Below are positions 9,675 through 20,830 of a stretch of 55,589 nt of DNA, piece after piece. Numbering within the stretch: the stretch's first letter is position 1; each line of letters opens with the position of its first letter. Source of the DNA: an uncultured virus (IMG/VR IMGVR_UViG_3300017956_000004) (Duplodnaviria; Heunggongvirae; Uroviricota; Caudoviricetes); IMG/VR virus record IMGVR_UViG_3300017956_000004. One strand, given 5' to 3'. The notes beneath the pieces are model-generated. The model was given only the letters and a program-made list of their open reading frames with translations, searched no databases and was not told where the DNA came from. The translations under genes and the position numbers were made by a program.

Positions 9675-11105
9675 ATGAGTGATCATATAGACAGAATAAA
9701 AAAGATAGACCAGATAGTCAACGATGAGGCAAGCCCTACATTTTGTTTGGCCAAATGGCATCACACTACCATATACATGCACAGAGGACAAACACACAGT
9801 TGTTATCATCCTAAGCCGCACGATATTCCACTAGAAGAATTAAAGTATACACCAAGTGTATTACATAATACACCTACAAAAATTGACGAGCGTGTGGAAA
9901 TGCTAAATGGCGACAAACCTGAAGGCTGTCAGTATTGTTGGAATGTGGAAAGCATGGGCGACGATTATGTATCAGACAGAAAAATACGTAACAGCAGCAT
10001 ATACACAGAAGAACGATTTGATGAGATACTGGATAATCCACCAGACTATAAAATTAATCCAGAGTATATTGAAATTGCTTTCAGTAACGAATGTAACTTT
10101 AAGTGTGGTTATTGTCATCCTATGCACAGTAGTATGTTCTACAATGAAATTAAAAAGCATGGCAAATACGAAACAGTTAAAAACCACGACTGCGATATAG
10201 AATGGTTTACAAACTATGATGATGAGGAAACCAATCCCTATGTTGCGGCATGGTGGCGTTGGTGGCCTGAAGTAAGTAAAACTCTAAACATACTACGTAT
10301 TACTGGAGGCGAGCCTATTCTGCACAAAACGACGTGGCGATTGTTTGAGGAACTTAAAAGAGACCCTAAACCGCATCTGGAAATCAACATTAACACTAAC
10401 CTAGGATATGCCAGCAGACGTGTTCAGAAGCTCGCTGACACAGTGAAAGAGCTACAGGATAATAACTGCATACGTCAGTTTAAAATGTTTACCAGCATAG
10501 ATACGTGGGGTAAACGTGCAGAGTATTTGCGTACTGGACTTGATTTGAACATCTGGGAGAAAAATCAGGACATATATGTACGTGGTGTAAAAAGCCATAT
10601 CACTCACATGGTAACATTCAACATTTTAAGTGTTGCAAGTTTTAAAGGCTACCTGGAAAAAGTATTAGAGTGGCGAGCTAAGTATGACGACATCATACCT
10701 AATGGGCTGGGCAGTGACGATACAGTGAGAAAAATCAGATTTGATACTCCCTATCTTAAAGAGCCTATTCAGTATGATATGCACATACTACCCAAAGAAG
10801 AATTTTTACCTTACTTTGACGAGTGTTTACAGTTTATCAAGGATAACATTGTGGAAGATGATACCAAAATGTTTAGTGAACTGGAGTATGAACGTTTTAG
10901 ACGTGTGCGTGACTATTTTGCAAACACACAGTATGATAGCAGAAAAATTGAACAGGGCAGGATAGACTTCTACAACTGGTTTACAGAATACGACAAGCGT
11001 CGCGATGTAAACTTCCTGGAAACATATCCTGAGTATACTGACTTCTGGAACCTATGTAAGGAAACAGCAGAAAATCAAATCGCTATCACAGAGGTTGGTG
11101 GCTAA
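9675..11105 (+). CDS. Radical SAM protein with an N-terminal twitch/SPASM-like Cys cluster
   Basis: CxxxCxxC 'CNFKCGYC', 'ITGGEP'; N-terminal 'FCLAKW..SCYH..GCQYCW'. Confidence 0.85.
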   Translation: MSDHIDRIKKIDQIVNDEASPTFCLAKWHHTTIYMHRGQTHSCYHPKPHDIPLEELKYTPSVLHNTPTKIDERVEMLNGDKPEGCQYCWNVESMGDDYVSDRKIRNSSIYTEERFDEILDNPPDYKINPEYIEIAFSNECNFKCGYCHPMHSSMFYNEIKKHGKYETVKNHDCDIEWFTNYDDEETNPYVAAWWRWWPEVSKTLNILRITGGEPILHKTTWRLFEELKRDPKPHLEININTNLGYASRRVQKLADTVKELQDNNCIRQFKMFTSIDTWGKRAEYLRTGLDLNIWEKNQDIYVRGVKSHITHMVTFNILSVASFKGYLEKVLEWRAKYDDIIPNGLGSDDTVRKIRFDTPYLKEPIQYDMHILPKEEFLPYFDECLQFIKDNIVEDDTKMFSELEYERFRRVRDYFANTQYDSRKIEQGRIDFYNWFTEYDKRRDVNFLETYPEYTDFWNLCKETAENQIAITEVGG

Positions 11106-12328
11106 TGGGAGAGATCTTAAATCCAGAAGAATACTACTGGTTGGATCACAATGAGCCCAATGGGTACAGGGTAGAGCCAGCACCCAGATTGTATATAACC
11201 AGGGACTTTGAAAGTGATTCATACAAATACTATTACATGGCATTCAAAGACGGCAGGGTATTCCAAGATATTAAACTGGATACAATTATACCATATGATA
11301 TATTAGTAAAAATCAAAGACCCTCAGGATAGAACTCTATTAATTTTAAATAACAGCCATGAAGCATTTATAAGTGTAGTGGAGCCATTATACAAACACAT
11401 CATATTTGAACAAGGCATACCAGTACACAAAGTTGTACTGATGACTGGAGCATTTAACATCCTGGAAGAAGTAGACCGGATTGCCGCCATATATAAAATG
11501 CCACAAATAAAAACTGAACTTGAATTACCTTTTGAAGAAGATGCTGTACAGTTTTATAGGAACGAAAAACACGAAAAAGAAGACGAGCTTCATCCTGATA
11601 CTGATACGTGGTTACCACCAAAAACACTGCATGACGGTCCGTACAAAAAGAAGTTTCTGAATTTTAACAGACGTTGGCGTTTACATCGTCCTACTATGTT
11701 TATGCTGTTAAAAAAATATGGATTGGTGGACCATGGACATATCAGTTTAGCACCGTCAGACGATCATCGCACTTGGCCTCAAATGGTAGAATACATCAGA
11801 GAGATGCATTATGATTTCCCTAAAATATTATCTATACTGGACGAAACAGAAGAAGAACTAATACATCAAAAACCACTATATTTAGACACCAAAGATTTAG
11901 TAGTCAATCGCGCAGCCATGACACAGGACCATAATTGGCTGTATGAAGAAACTTATTTTAGTCTGATAAGTGAAACACACTATTACACAAGTCATTTAGG
12001 ATTTGAGTCCACACAGTTTTTAAGTGAGAAGGTGTGGAAAAGTATACTGTTCAAACATCCGTTTATCGTGATAAGTTCTCCTGGTATATTAAGATGTTTA
12101 AAGCACATTGGATATAAAACCTTTGAAGATATCATTGACGAAAGTTATGATAAAATAAAAAATGACGGCGACAGACTGCTGGCTATCGCAGAAGAAACAA
12201 AACGTTTGTGTAACTTATCGCAACCAGAACTGAAAAAATTTATAGAACGTGCTAGAGAAATCTGTGATTATAATTTTAATGTGATAGTGAATAAAGAAAA
12301 TTTCTTCCACAAAATGAATTACAAATGA
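11105..12328 (+). CDS. GT-B/GT10-like glycosyltransferase paralogue 2
   Basis: 'KFLNFNRRWRLHR', 'FSLISET', 'FLSEKVWK....HPF', 'GYKTF..IIDESYD'. Confidence 0.6.
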   Translation: MGEILNPEEYYWLDHNEPNGYRVEPAPRLYITRDFESDSYKYYYMAFKDGRVFQDIKLDTIIPYDILVKIKDPQDRTLLILNNSHEAFISVVEPLYKHIIFEQGIPVHKVVLMTGAFNILEEVDRIAAIYKMPQIKTELELPFEEDAVQFYRNEKHEKEDELHPDTDTWLPPKTLHDGPYKKKFLNFNRRWRLHRPTMFMLLKKYGLVDHGHISLAPSDDHRTWPQMVEYIREMHYDFPKILSILDETEEELIHQKPLYLDTKDLVVNRAAMTQDHNWLYEETYFSLISETHYYTSHLGFESTQFLSEKVWKSILFKHPFIVISSPGILRCLKHIGYKTFEDIIDESYDKIKNDGDRLLAIAEETKRLCNLSQPELKKFIERAREICDYNFNVIVNKENFFHKMNYK

Positions 12329-13122
12329 TAATAACTGATATAAAACAACTGGGTAACTTAGCCAGTTATAAAACATTTTATGCTGTGGGTTGCAGTTTTA
12401 CCAACTATCGTTGGCCTACCTGGGCTGACATACTGGCTGAAGAATTACCCAATGCAGGATATTTTAATGCTGGCACCAGCGGTGCAGGCAACCAGTATAT
12501 ATTCACTGTTGTAAGTCAAATAATAAACGGCGTAGCAGATCTGGACCACAACGACATACTGGCTATAATGTGGTCGGGATTTTACAGAGAAGATCGTTAC
12601 ATATATGGACGCCACAACAACTGGGTAACACCAGGTAACTTGTACAGCCAAGACACATATCCCAAGGTGTTCACAGAGCAATGGTGTTGTCCTAGGGGTA
12701 TGACTATCAGAGATATGAGTTTGATAGACAGTGCTATCAGAATGCTGGATTCTTTACCTTGCCGGGTTATCATGACCACAGGCATAGGCTTCGATCAGCA
12801 GGACTTATACAGCGGCAGGGCTCCCGATGCAGATATATCAGATGTTGTTAATTGCTACAAAAATATACAACCATACCTGTTACCAGATTTAATGAGCTGT
12901 CAAGCACCTAGCGGCTGGAAGAGTGGTTATTCATATGAAGTGAATGGTGAAATATTTGACGATTACCACCCTAGTGTGTTAGACTATTGTGACTATCTGA
13001 AAAAACTGGGCTTTGAACTCAGTACAAAAACAATGGCTTGGGCTGGCGAACAGCATCTAAAAATGCTAAATGTCAAATACAAAGATGAACTAAATGAGAC
13101 ACCACCGTGGTTGATATTATAA
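12325..13122 (+). CDS. SGNH/GDSL-like acyl-hydrolase/transferase paralogue 1
   Basis: 'AVGCSFT', 'GTSGAGN', 'MWSG', C-terminal 'DYHP'. Confidence 0.55.
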   Translation: MIITDIKQLGNLASYKTFYAVGCSFTNYRWPTWADILAEELPNAGYFNAGTSGAGNQYIFTVVSQIINGVADLDHNDILAIMWSGFYREDRYIYGRHNNWVTPGNLYSQDTYPKVFTEQWCCPRGMTIRDMSLIDSAIRMLDSLPCRVIMTTGIGFDQQDLYSGRAPDADISDVVNCYKNIQPYLLPDLMSCQAPSGWKSGYSYEVNGEIFDDYHPSVLDYCDYLKKLGFELSTKTMAWAGEQHLKMLNVKYKDELNETPPWLIL

Positions 13123-14675
13123 AAGACCGCCTCATTGCATTGTTACCCACACTGGGTACCAGAGTTGCTAATGTGGGTAGCTTTGATTATATCAGTGAGT
13201 CAGAAATCACACAAGATTTAAACCTGGATATGCAACCGTTTCATGCCACAGACGGATTGGCTAACACATTTACTGACATCTATCTGGTACAGAGCTACTC
13301 ACGAGTGTTGAGTGAAAATCCTGCATTTTGTGCATGGGGTACACCAGTTGTGTGTTTTAATCCTGCAGATTTTGATGTGTGGCATGGATTCAATTTTTGT
13401 AATCAATTTTATTATTTTAAAGATGGTGAATTTGTATTAGAGGAAACATGTGTTAATGCATCAGAAATGGATCGCGAAAATAAAGAATACTTTCTGGATG
13501 TGTTTTTTAAATGCATACCAGAACTGGCGCCCTATCGCGAAACCACAGACATTGTGTACTGTGGTGGTAGTATGGATTGGGCAGCAGCATCGAGAGCCCC
13601 ACTGGATATTTTTGGAGAAGTAGGACGAGCTATTGAACATGGCAATAAAAATATACTGTTTTGGAATGCAGAAGAAAACTTTCAGCCCAGTCCAACTGCA
13701 CTAGCACAACGAGCGGCGTGCTTTTATGCCGATGCAGATGTGAATTTCTTTTTTGCCACAGCAGGCCTGAACGCCACTCAGATATATAATCACTATTATA
13801 ACAATTGTGGTTTTAGAACTCGCATGGAGCCAGTGAGCTTTTTTAGATTTGAAGAGGTTTGTAAAACTGCTATATTCAAAGAGCACGATAAAGATCTAAC
13901 ACATGCAGTGAGCTTACCATACCTAACCAAACCCAGAGATAGGAAATTTCTGAATTTTAACCGTGTGCCCAGATTACACAGAAGATTGTTTATGGCACAC
14001 ATGGAAGAAGCAGATCTGATAGACTATGGATATAATAGTTTTGATTTTAGGGAGCGGTTAACAGACAAAGTAGAGCTAGCCCGTGAGGATCCAGGATATG
14101 ATATTTTAACAAAATACATCATGGACAGCACAGGCCACAGAGCTGGGTACCGAAACTTGAAAAAAAGTTATGATAAGTTTTTGAGCAGATTACCCATGCA
14201 GTTAAACAGAACAGCAGACAGAGATAATCCAGTGGATATAGAACTGGAGGATATACACTATTACAGAACCAGTTACTTTAGCATAGTAAGCGAAACAAAC
14301 TATTTTATGGATGATATCACATCACAAGAATATTTTCCTGGTATATTTTACAGTGAAAAAATATACAAACCATTTGCCATGAAACATCCATTTGTGTTAG
14401 TGGGCATTCCGGGCAGTTTGGAATATCTGAGAAAAATAGGATACAAAACATTTGCACCATACATAGACGAAACATATGACACAGTAACTGATGACATCAA
14501 ACGTATGGAAATTCTGATTACAGAAATAAAACGTTTGTGCAATTTATCAGATTCAGAGTGGGTGGAATTACAAACACAACTAAAGCCCATAGTGGAACAC
14601 AATTTAGAATGGCTTAAACAGGATAAAAACTTGTGTGCCAATCCTGAAGTTCTGGAAAAGTTTAGAACTCAGTAA
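13107..14675 (+). CDS. GT-B/GT10-like glycosyltransferase paralogue 3
   Basis: 'KFLNFNRVPRLHR', 'FSIVSET', 'FYSEKIYKP....HPF', 'GYKTF..YIDETYD'. Confidence 0.6.
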   Translation: MVDIIKDRLIALLPTLGTRVANVGSFDYISESEITQDLNLDMQPFHATDGLANTFTDIYLVQSYSRVLSENPAFCAWGTPVVCFNPADFDVWHGFNFCNQFYYFKDGEFVLEETCVNASEMDRENKEYFLDVFFKCIPELAPYRETTDIVYCGGSMDWAAASRAPLDIFGEVGRAIEHGNKNILFWNAEENFQPSPTALAQRAACFYADADVNFFFATAGLNATQIYNHYYNNCGFRTRMEPVSFFRFEEVCKTAIFKEHDKDLTHAVSLPYLTKPRDRKFLNFNRVPRLHRRLFMAHMEEADLIDYGYNSFDFRERLTDKVELAREDPGYDILTKYIMDSTGHRAGYRNLKKSYDKFLSRLPMQLNRTADRDNPVDIELEDIHYYRTSYFSIVSETNYFMDDITSQEYFPGIFYSEKIYKPFAMKHPFVLVGIPGSLEYLRKIGYKTFAPYIDETYDTVTDDIKRMEILITEIKRLCNLSDSEWVELQTQLKPIVEHNLEWLKQDKNLCANPEVLEKFRTQ

Positions 14676-14681
14676 ACACAC

Positions 14682-14689
14682 TATAAATA
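14682..14689 (+). promoter_or_regulatory. Late promoter TATAAATA
   Basis: Exact consensus in the gap before the B12 radical SAM gene. Confidence 0.75.
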
Positions 14690-14714
14690 TAGGTAACTAA
14701 CAAGAAGCAACATT

Positions 14715-16967
14715 ATGTCAGATAAACCAGAATCATTAGACTTTAATCTAATATCCTTGGCAAAGGATAATATAGACTTGCCTGATCAATTAGACACCGA
14801 CGTAGCGAACGATCGTCATATGGAAATGATGAAGGTTATTGCACCCTATGCAAAAAAGGTGCAACAGAAGAATCTAACACCAGTATACACAGATTACAAA
14901 ACACGTAATACTAAAATTGCACTGGTTATGTGTCCAGAATGGGCACCAGAGTTTCCGCCATTTAACTTGGCTCGTTTAAGCGGTGTATGTAAAAGTGCAG
15001 GATATGAGAGTAGGATATTTGATTTAAATATCAGAGCATACAACCAACATCAAAACGATTGGCGTCCTAATGAAAAGATTCCGTTCAGACTGTGGGATCC
15101 TAGTGCTAGTTGGCACTGGTTGGGAGACACTTACATGCAGGATATTCACCCTGTGTTAGAGCCACTACTGGAAGACGCTATAGAAGAATTGCTGGACTAT
15201 GAGCCTGATATTATAGGATTTAGTCAGTATTATATTTCAGAAGAACCCACCAAGTGGATGGCGCAACAATTAAAAGAACGTGCACCGCATATTAAAATTG
15301 CAGTGGGCGGATCAAACGTACAAAAGGATTGGTTTAAAGTTCACTGGTACTACGACTATGTGGTAAGCGGTGAGGGCGAAGCGGCCATTTTAAAGATACT
15401 GGACGATATAGAAGATGGTGTGGTGCATGACGAACCACAAGTAATCAAACAGGACGAACGTGAGCGTATCAATATTAATGGTATGCCCATGCCAGACTAT
15501 GAGGGCATAGACTTTAATTTGTATCGTGTACCCAACGGTGTAACGTCAGAGTTTTCACGTGGTTGTACTGCTAAGTGTACATTCTGTGAAGAGACACACT
15601 TCTGGAGATACCGTCAACGTCAGGCTGTGGATGTTATAACAGAAGCAGAGTGGTTATGGTATAACAAGGGCGCCGATGTCATCTGGTTTATTGACAGTTT
15701 GATTAACGGTGATCCTAACGAGCTACGTGCATTTGCACTGGCAGTTAAAGCAAAAGGCTTGCCCACCAAATGGACAGGATATGCCAGATGTGATGGTCGC
15801 ATGGACGAAGCATACTTTAAAGATATTGCTGAGGGCGGTTGCATCATGTTAAACTATGGCTGTGAGTCAGGTTCACAGAAAGTGTTGGACGACATGGCCA
15901 AAGGCGTTACCATTAAAGAGATGGAAGAGAACTTTAAGTGGGGCAAGAAGTATGGTGTAATGGCTGCGACTAACTGGATTGTGGGCTTTCCCACAGAGGA
16001 ACATGATGACTTTGCTAAAACCATGCAGTTCTTGTGGCGTAACCGTAACGGTAACATCAACAATGTGGGTGCTGGTGTGGGCATGGCAGTGGGGCAAGAA
16101 ACCATTGTGGGACAGAATCCACACAAGTTTAATGTGAGTTATCACAAATATCAGAACCACTGGATCACAAATGACTTCACCAAGGGCGGTACACATGTGA
16201 TGCACCGTGTTAAATTATTCCACATGTTCCTGGACTTTATGACTGGTTGTACAGATATTCCGTTCCAGTATCCCATCAGATTTGCACTGGAGAGAGAACA
16301 TTATAAAATTAGCCTGGACGACCCAGATGAAATGAACGAAATTTCCTATGAGGATTTTGATTACAACATAATTAAACCCAATATTAATCCTTTTGCAGAC
16401 AGTTTGGTGAACGAAATATGGCCGTTCCTGCGTACACTGTGGCGTATACGTGGAGGCTTTAGAGCTGAAATTAAATTTAATCCAGAAATAGATCTGCGTG
16501 AGTTTGGTAGCCAGTTTGGTCCTGGTATGTTTCATGGAACATACAAGTTTAGAATCAGCAAAGAGGGTTTATGGAATGCAGCATTCCAGTATCAGTTTGA
16601 ACAAGTACCCAATCCATATGACGACCGCGAAGATCCAGAGCGTAAAAGCAAACCATTTTATGCACAGGACTACAGTCGTTTAAAGAGTAATGCGGCTTAT
16701 CGTGCCAGACGTTTGGCTAAACCAGATTGGGACTTAAAAGAAGGCCGTAACGATGAAGAGTTTTTTAACTTATTAGACGAAGAAAAAATATTGAACAACA
16801 CCATAGACTTCAGTTTTAAATACACCTATATTAATTCAGGACAATGGAAACGTGATAGTAATGAGATCGATGTACCAGACAGCATGAGTGTTGGCAGCAC
16901 TGGCATTAATGTAAATTTAAATCCTGACACTGATGATATGGCTATAGACATTACAGAGATAGAATAA
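14715..16967 (+). CDS. Cobalamin-binding (class B) radical SAM enzyme, possibly a methyltransferase
   Basis: N-terminal B12-binding-like region ('PDIIGFS', 'VGGS', 'GEGE'), 'SRGCTAKCTFC', 'GCESGSQKVL', 'IVGFPTE'. Confidence 0.85.
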   Translation: MSDKPESLDFNLISLAKDNIDLPDQLDTDVANDRHMEMMKVIAPYAKKVQQKNLTPVYTDYKTRNTKIALVMCPEWAPEFPPFNLARLSGVCKSAGYESRIFDLNIRAYNQHQNDWRPNEKIPFRLWDPSASWHWLGDTYMQDIHPVLEPLLEDAIEELLDYEPDIIGFSQYYISEEPTKWMAQQLKERAPHIKIAVGGSNVQKDWFKVHWYYDYVVSGEGEAAILKILDDIEDGVVHDEPQVIKQDERERININGMPMPDYEGIDFNLYRVPNGVTSEFSRGCTAKCTFCEETHFWRYRQRQAVDVITEAEWLWYNKGADVIWFIDSLINGDPNELRAFALAVKAKGLPTKWTGYARCDGRMDEAYFKDIAEGGCIMLNYGCESGSQKVLDDMAKGVTIKEMEENFKWGKKYGVMAATNWIVGFPTEEHDDFAKTMQFLWRNRNGNINNVGAGVGMAVGQETIVGQNPHKFNVSYHKYQNHWITNDFTKGGTHVMHRVKLFHMFLDFMTGCTDIPFQYPIRFALEREHYKISLDDPDEMNEISYEDFDYNIIKPNINPFADSLVNEIWPFLRTLWRIRGGFRAEIKFNPEIDLREFGSQFGPGMFHGTYKFRISKEGLWNAAFQYQFEQVPNPYDDREDPERKSKPFYAQDYSRLKSNAAYRARRLAKPDWDLKEGRNDEEFFNLLDEEKILNNTIDFSFKYTYINSGQWKRDSNEIDVPDSMSVGSTGINVNLNPDTDDMAIDITEIE

Positions 16968-16970
16968 CAG

Positions 16971-17930
16971 ATGTACGCAAAGAATGAATGGGATCCACTT
17001 AAAAAGGTAATAGTAGGCACAGCAACAGGCGCACGTATCCCCGCCATGGACAAAAGTTTGCGATGTGTTAATTATGCAGACGTAGCAGACGAATCAGAAA
17101 TACCGTCAGGAGAATATCCACAAATTGTGATTGACGAAGCAAATGAGGATCTGGAAACATTTGCCGACTTCCTCAAGGGCGAGGGAGTAGAAGTATTACG
17201 CCCACTACCACAAACACCAGTACAGTATTATGACTACTGTCCACGTGATATAGTTTTTGTACATGGTGATTTAGCACTGGCAACACCCATGCCTATTCGT
17301 GCCAGACATAATAATTATTTAAATATTGTGGAACATTTTCCCAAATTAGAGGCAGTTTTTAGACCAGACTCAGACGATATATACAATCTGGCTTGCGTGG
17401 GCAATCCAGATATACTGGCATTACATGAAACTGCACCCATGTTTGATGCGGCAAATATTATCCGTGCTAACGAAGATGTGTTATACCTGGTGAGTAATTC
17501 AGGTAACTATGCTGGGTCAGAATATTTACAAGAGCGTATACATGCACAAGTACACCGTTTACAGGGTGTATACAGTTACATGCACATAGACAGCACGATA
17601 GCGTTTCTCAGAGAGGGTTTAATGTTGCTTAACCCTAGCCGTATCAAAAGCATAGACGTGCTTCCTGAGCCCTTCAGGAGTTGGGACGTTATATGGTGTC
17701 CCGAGCCCACAGATATTGGATATTATGGTGATTACTGTAACGCATCAGAATGGATTAACATGAACTTGTTTAGTGTAAATCCCAATTTAGTAGTACTGGA
17801 AGAAAATCAACATAACCTACGACGTGAGCTAGAAGCTCACGGTATTGAATGTGCAATGTTGCCCATAAGACATCAGAGAACATTAGGCGGGGGTTTCCAT
17901 TGTGTTACCCTTGATCTGGAGAGATCATGA
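16971..17930 (+). CDS. Amidinotransferase (glycine/inosamine-phosphate amidinotransferase family)
   Basis: 'NEWDPLKKVIVG', 'CPRD', 'FDAAN', 'HIDST', C-terminal 'GGGFHCVTLD' with the catalytic Cys. Confidence 0.9.
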   Translation: MYAKNEWDPLKKVIVGTATGARIPAMDKSLRCVNYADVADESEIPSGEYPQIVIDEANEDLETFADFLKGEGVEVLRPLPQTPVQYYDYCPRDIVFVHGDLALATPMPIRARHNNYLNIVEHFPKLEAVFRPDSDDIYNLACVGNPDILALHETAPMFDAANIIRANEDVLYLVSNSGNYAGSEYLQERIHAQVHRLQGVYSYMHIDSTIAFLREGLMLLNPSRIKSIDVLPEPFRSWDVIWCPEPTDIGYYGDYCNASEWINMNLFSVNPNLVVLEENQHNLRRELEAHGIECAMLPIRHQRTLGGGFHCVTLDLERS

Positions 17931-18475
17931 AAAAGTTTTTAAAGTCTGGCCATTTAGAGCCCGACTGGAATGATGATTATAAACAGTTTGAATATACCCG
18001 TCAACCCATCAAGCAATCGGAGATTGACACCTGGCGTGAATGGGGTTATAATCATAATGAGTTCAGCGGCGTTATGTATGGCGGCGCTAACCCTATGCCA
18101 GACTGGGTATACAGTATAGCAGAACGCTTGGGTTTGGAAAACCCTGGCTTTGTGTTCTACAAGATGAGTTGTATGGAAGTGATGCCCAATCATGTGGATC
18201 ACTTTGAAACATACTGTCGTGTGTTTGAGGTAGAACGTGCTGATGTGTACCGCGGTTTGGTGATGCTGGAAGATTGGAAAAGCGGACACTATCTGGAAAT
18301 GGACAATCAGGCGTATGTTAACTGGAGCGCCGGAGATTATTATTTGTGGAGTTCAGACGTGGTGCATGCCGCCAGTAATATAGGGCCAGAACCCAGATGG
18401 ACACTACAAATAACTGGAACACTGGATCCTGCTGTGATGTACAAACACATGCTGTACCCTGAAAACGGAATGTAA
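17927..18475 (+). CDS. 2OG-Fe(II) oxygenase/cupin-like protein
   Basis: HxD ('NHVD') and distal His ('VHAASNIG..PRWTLQITG'). Confidence 0.65.
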   Translation: MKKFLKSGHLEPDWNDDYKQFEYTRQPIKQSEIDTWREWGYNHNEFSGVMYGGANPMPDWVYSIAERLGLENPGFVFYKMSCMEVMPNHVDHFETYCRVFEVERADVYRGLVMLEDWKSGHYLEMDNQAYVNWSAGDYYLWSSDVVHAASNIGPEPRWTLQITGTLDPAVMYKHMLYPENGM

Positions 18476-18477
18476 AC

Positions 18478-19869
18478 ATGGCCAAGAACGAATTAAAAGT
18501 AGAAAACAGCAGTCTGCTAACACACAGAGTATATGTTCCCGGTGCCCGTGAACTGGAGCGTGGCGATGGTATGTATGAAATAGTACCAGCACGTATAATG
18601 CGTAGCCATGCCAGCATCATGATCTGGGCCGCTAACACATATATTACTCCACTGCATGAAGTATATCATGAACCAGATGAAATAGAATACATGAACAAGT
18701 ATGGCTTACACATATTCCTGTATGAGCCACTGTGTAGTTACTTTGATGACGATCCTGCGGCCGCTTTTGGACCATTTAATTGTGGTTTTTATTCAGAATA
18801 TCCCAATAAAAACCCTGAGCCAGCTCGCAATGGTGCGGCTGAACTGGACAGTATCAGTATGTACTGCCATCATAATCAGCTCACAAACGTAACCATACAC
18901 ACTGGTGACTATGATGTGGAAAAAAATTATCCCAAATACACTGAGCAAATGAAATTATTATGTAATGATTTGTTCATGCGTAGTTTAAGTATATATGATC
19001 ACATCGACACCACAGTAAAACCCAGAGAAACTATCAAAAAGAAATTTATCAGCACCAACTGGAGATTTACTCCAGCCAGATGCATCATGAGTTCATTGCT
19101 GTGTGAGCGTGATACACACCTGGGTTGGTTCTATAATACACCCGAAACTCTGTTAAACCGTGTGCAATGGTTAGAATATGACAATTTAGCAGACACAGAT
19201 CCGGATTTATTACTGGATATTAAACGCGGATTAGCAGCATTAAACAGTAATTCACCATATTGTCTGGATTTAAAAACCGATCAGGTTAATAATGTAACAG
19301 AATTATTTGGACATTTTTATCCACAGGGCGTACCAGGATATGAAAACTATAATAATCCAGTGGCATATAATCCAGTCAGACTAACCATACAGGACTATTA
19401 CAGACAGAGTTTGTTTGATATAGTTAATGAGAGCAGATTTGCTCAGCCCACTGCCAATTTATCAGAAAAAGTAGTGCAAGCCATACAGTATAAAACACCA
19501 TTCCTGTTGGTGGCACCACAACACAGTTTACAATATCTAAAAACATTTGGATATCAGACATTTGATAAATGGTGGGACGAAAGTTATGATGAATGTGAAA
19601 GCCATCTGGAACGTGTACAACGTATATACGACATAATTAAATGGTTAGACGGCCAGAGTTACGATCAATTATACGATTTATATCTGGATATGATGCCGGT
19701 ATTAGAACATAATTTTGCTGTGGCCGTTACAAACACCACAATCAAGCGTCAACGCAAACTGGCAGAGGTTAAATGGGACGAATTAAAAGAAGTACAGTGG
19801 CAGGCAGAAGGGTTGGGTGTTACCAGTCTGGATAATCTGGATACTAGTTCTTTGAATAATGACTCTTGA
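18478..19869 (+). CDS. GT-B/GT10-like glycosyltransferase paralogue 4
   Basis: 'FDIVNESRF', 'LSEKV....KTPF', 'GYQTFDKWWDESYD'. Confidence 0.55.
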   Translation: MAKNELKVENSSLLTHRVYVPGARELERGDGMYEIVPARIMRSHASIMIWAANTYITPLHEVYHEPDEIEYMNKYGLHIFLYEPLCSYFDDDPAAAFGPFNCGFYSEYPNKNPEPARNGAAELDSISMYCHHNQLTNVTIHTGDYDVEKNYPKYTEQMKLLCNDLFMRSLSIYDHIDTTVKPRETIKKKFISTNWRFTPARCIMSSLLCERDTHLGWFYNTPETLLNRVQWLEYDNLADTDPDLLLDIKRGLAALNSNSPYCLDLKTDQVNNVTELFGHFYPQGVPGYENYNNPVAYNPVRLTIQDYYRQSLFDIVNESRFAQPTANLSEKVVQAIQYKTPFLLVAPQHSLQYLKTFGYQTFDKWWDESYDECESHLERVQRIYDIIKWLDGQSYDQLYDLYLDMMPVLEHNFAVAVTNTTIKRQRKLAEVKWDELKEVQWQAEGLGVTSLDNLDTSSLNNDS

Positions 19870-20830
19870 ACTGTTGGCCCAGTTCGTTTAGTGGTTCAGC
19901 ATTGCCTGCAGGTTTATTACCACTGGGTGGACACATCCATAATTCCAGCTCTTCACAGTCTTTAATACCACACTCAGAGCGATACTGGTTGGTGTAATCG
20001 TGCAAGTATCCCATGACTTCATTGTGAAATTTTCCACTTAAACCCTTGCCAGTGTGCAGTTCCACAAACTGAGTTAAATAGTTTGCACAGTGTCCTTCAA
20101 ATTGTCTCACACGCTCAGACACGCTGTCTGACAACTGAATATTCATTTCTGGTGCTATTACATCAGTTACCCATTGTAATGCGGCTCCGGGCACTGGATG
20201 CCCGTCCAGTTTAGCAACAATATTATAAAAGTTCCAGGTCTCTGCTGACCAACTGTCATGATGATCATATGGATTATAATACCAGTGTTCTGGCATACTG
20301 CGGGTCACACGATCAAACTCTTCGTCCACAATCTTTCCATGTCCAGGACCTTCAGTATTCCAGATACTGCCGTTATATGCTATTCGGTATGCCTTGTTAG
20401 CAGTGTGTATGGCTGTGATATTACGAATTAAATCATGATTCATATTCCAGATATATTTCTGATATGATTTCATGGCTTGTATTTCTTCTGGTTCCAGATT
20501 ATCTGCTAACATTAAAATATTACCGCCCTGATTCCATTTGGCAACTATTTCATTTTTTTCGTTTCGCACACTGGAACCAAATCGTGTGTACATATCCAGT
20601 CGGCTCCAACTGCTCCACATCACACATATAATATCGGCATCTGTAAAATTATATTTTAAATCTGCTCTGGCTAGTGTGCTCAGTATTTGCTGGTTACCTG
20701 ATCCACTTATACCCAGGTTATAAGTGTCATAACCTAATTCTGCATAATGCATGGCCAGTATATCTGCCCAGGTTAACCACTGGAAATGTGTCATGCTGCA
20801 ACCAAATGCAAAAAATCTGGGTTTAGACAT
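19844..20830 (-). CDS. SGNH/GDSL-like paralogue 2
   Basis: 'FAFGCSMT..W.TWAD', 'GISGSGN', 'MWSS..R', 'DGHP'; the start at 20830 overlaps the DegT stop. Confidence 0.55.
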   Translation of the reverse strand: MSKPRFFAFGCSMTHFQWLTWADILAMHYAELGYDTYNLGISGSGNQQILSTLARADLKYNFTDADIICVMWSSWSRLDMYTRFGSSVRNEKNEIVAKWNQGGNILMLADNLEPEEIQAMKSYQKYIWNMNHDLIRNITAIHTANKAYRIAYNGSIWNTEGPGHGKIVDEEFDRVTRSMPEHWYYNPYDHHDSWSAETWNFYNIVAKLDGHPVPGAALQWVTDVIAPEMNIQLSDSVSERVRQFEGHCANYLTQFVELHTGKGLSGKFHNEVMGYLHDYTNQYRSECGIKDCEELELWMCPPSGNKPAGNAEPLNELGQQFKSHYSKN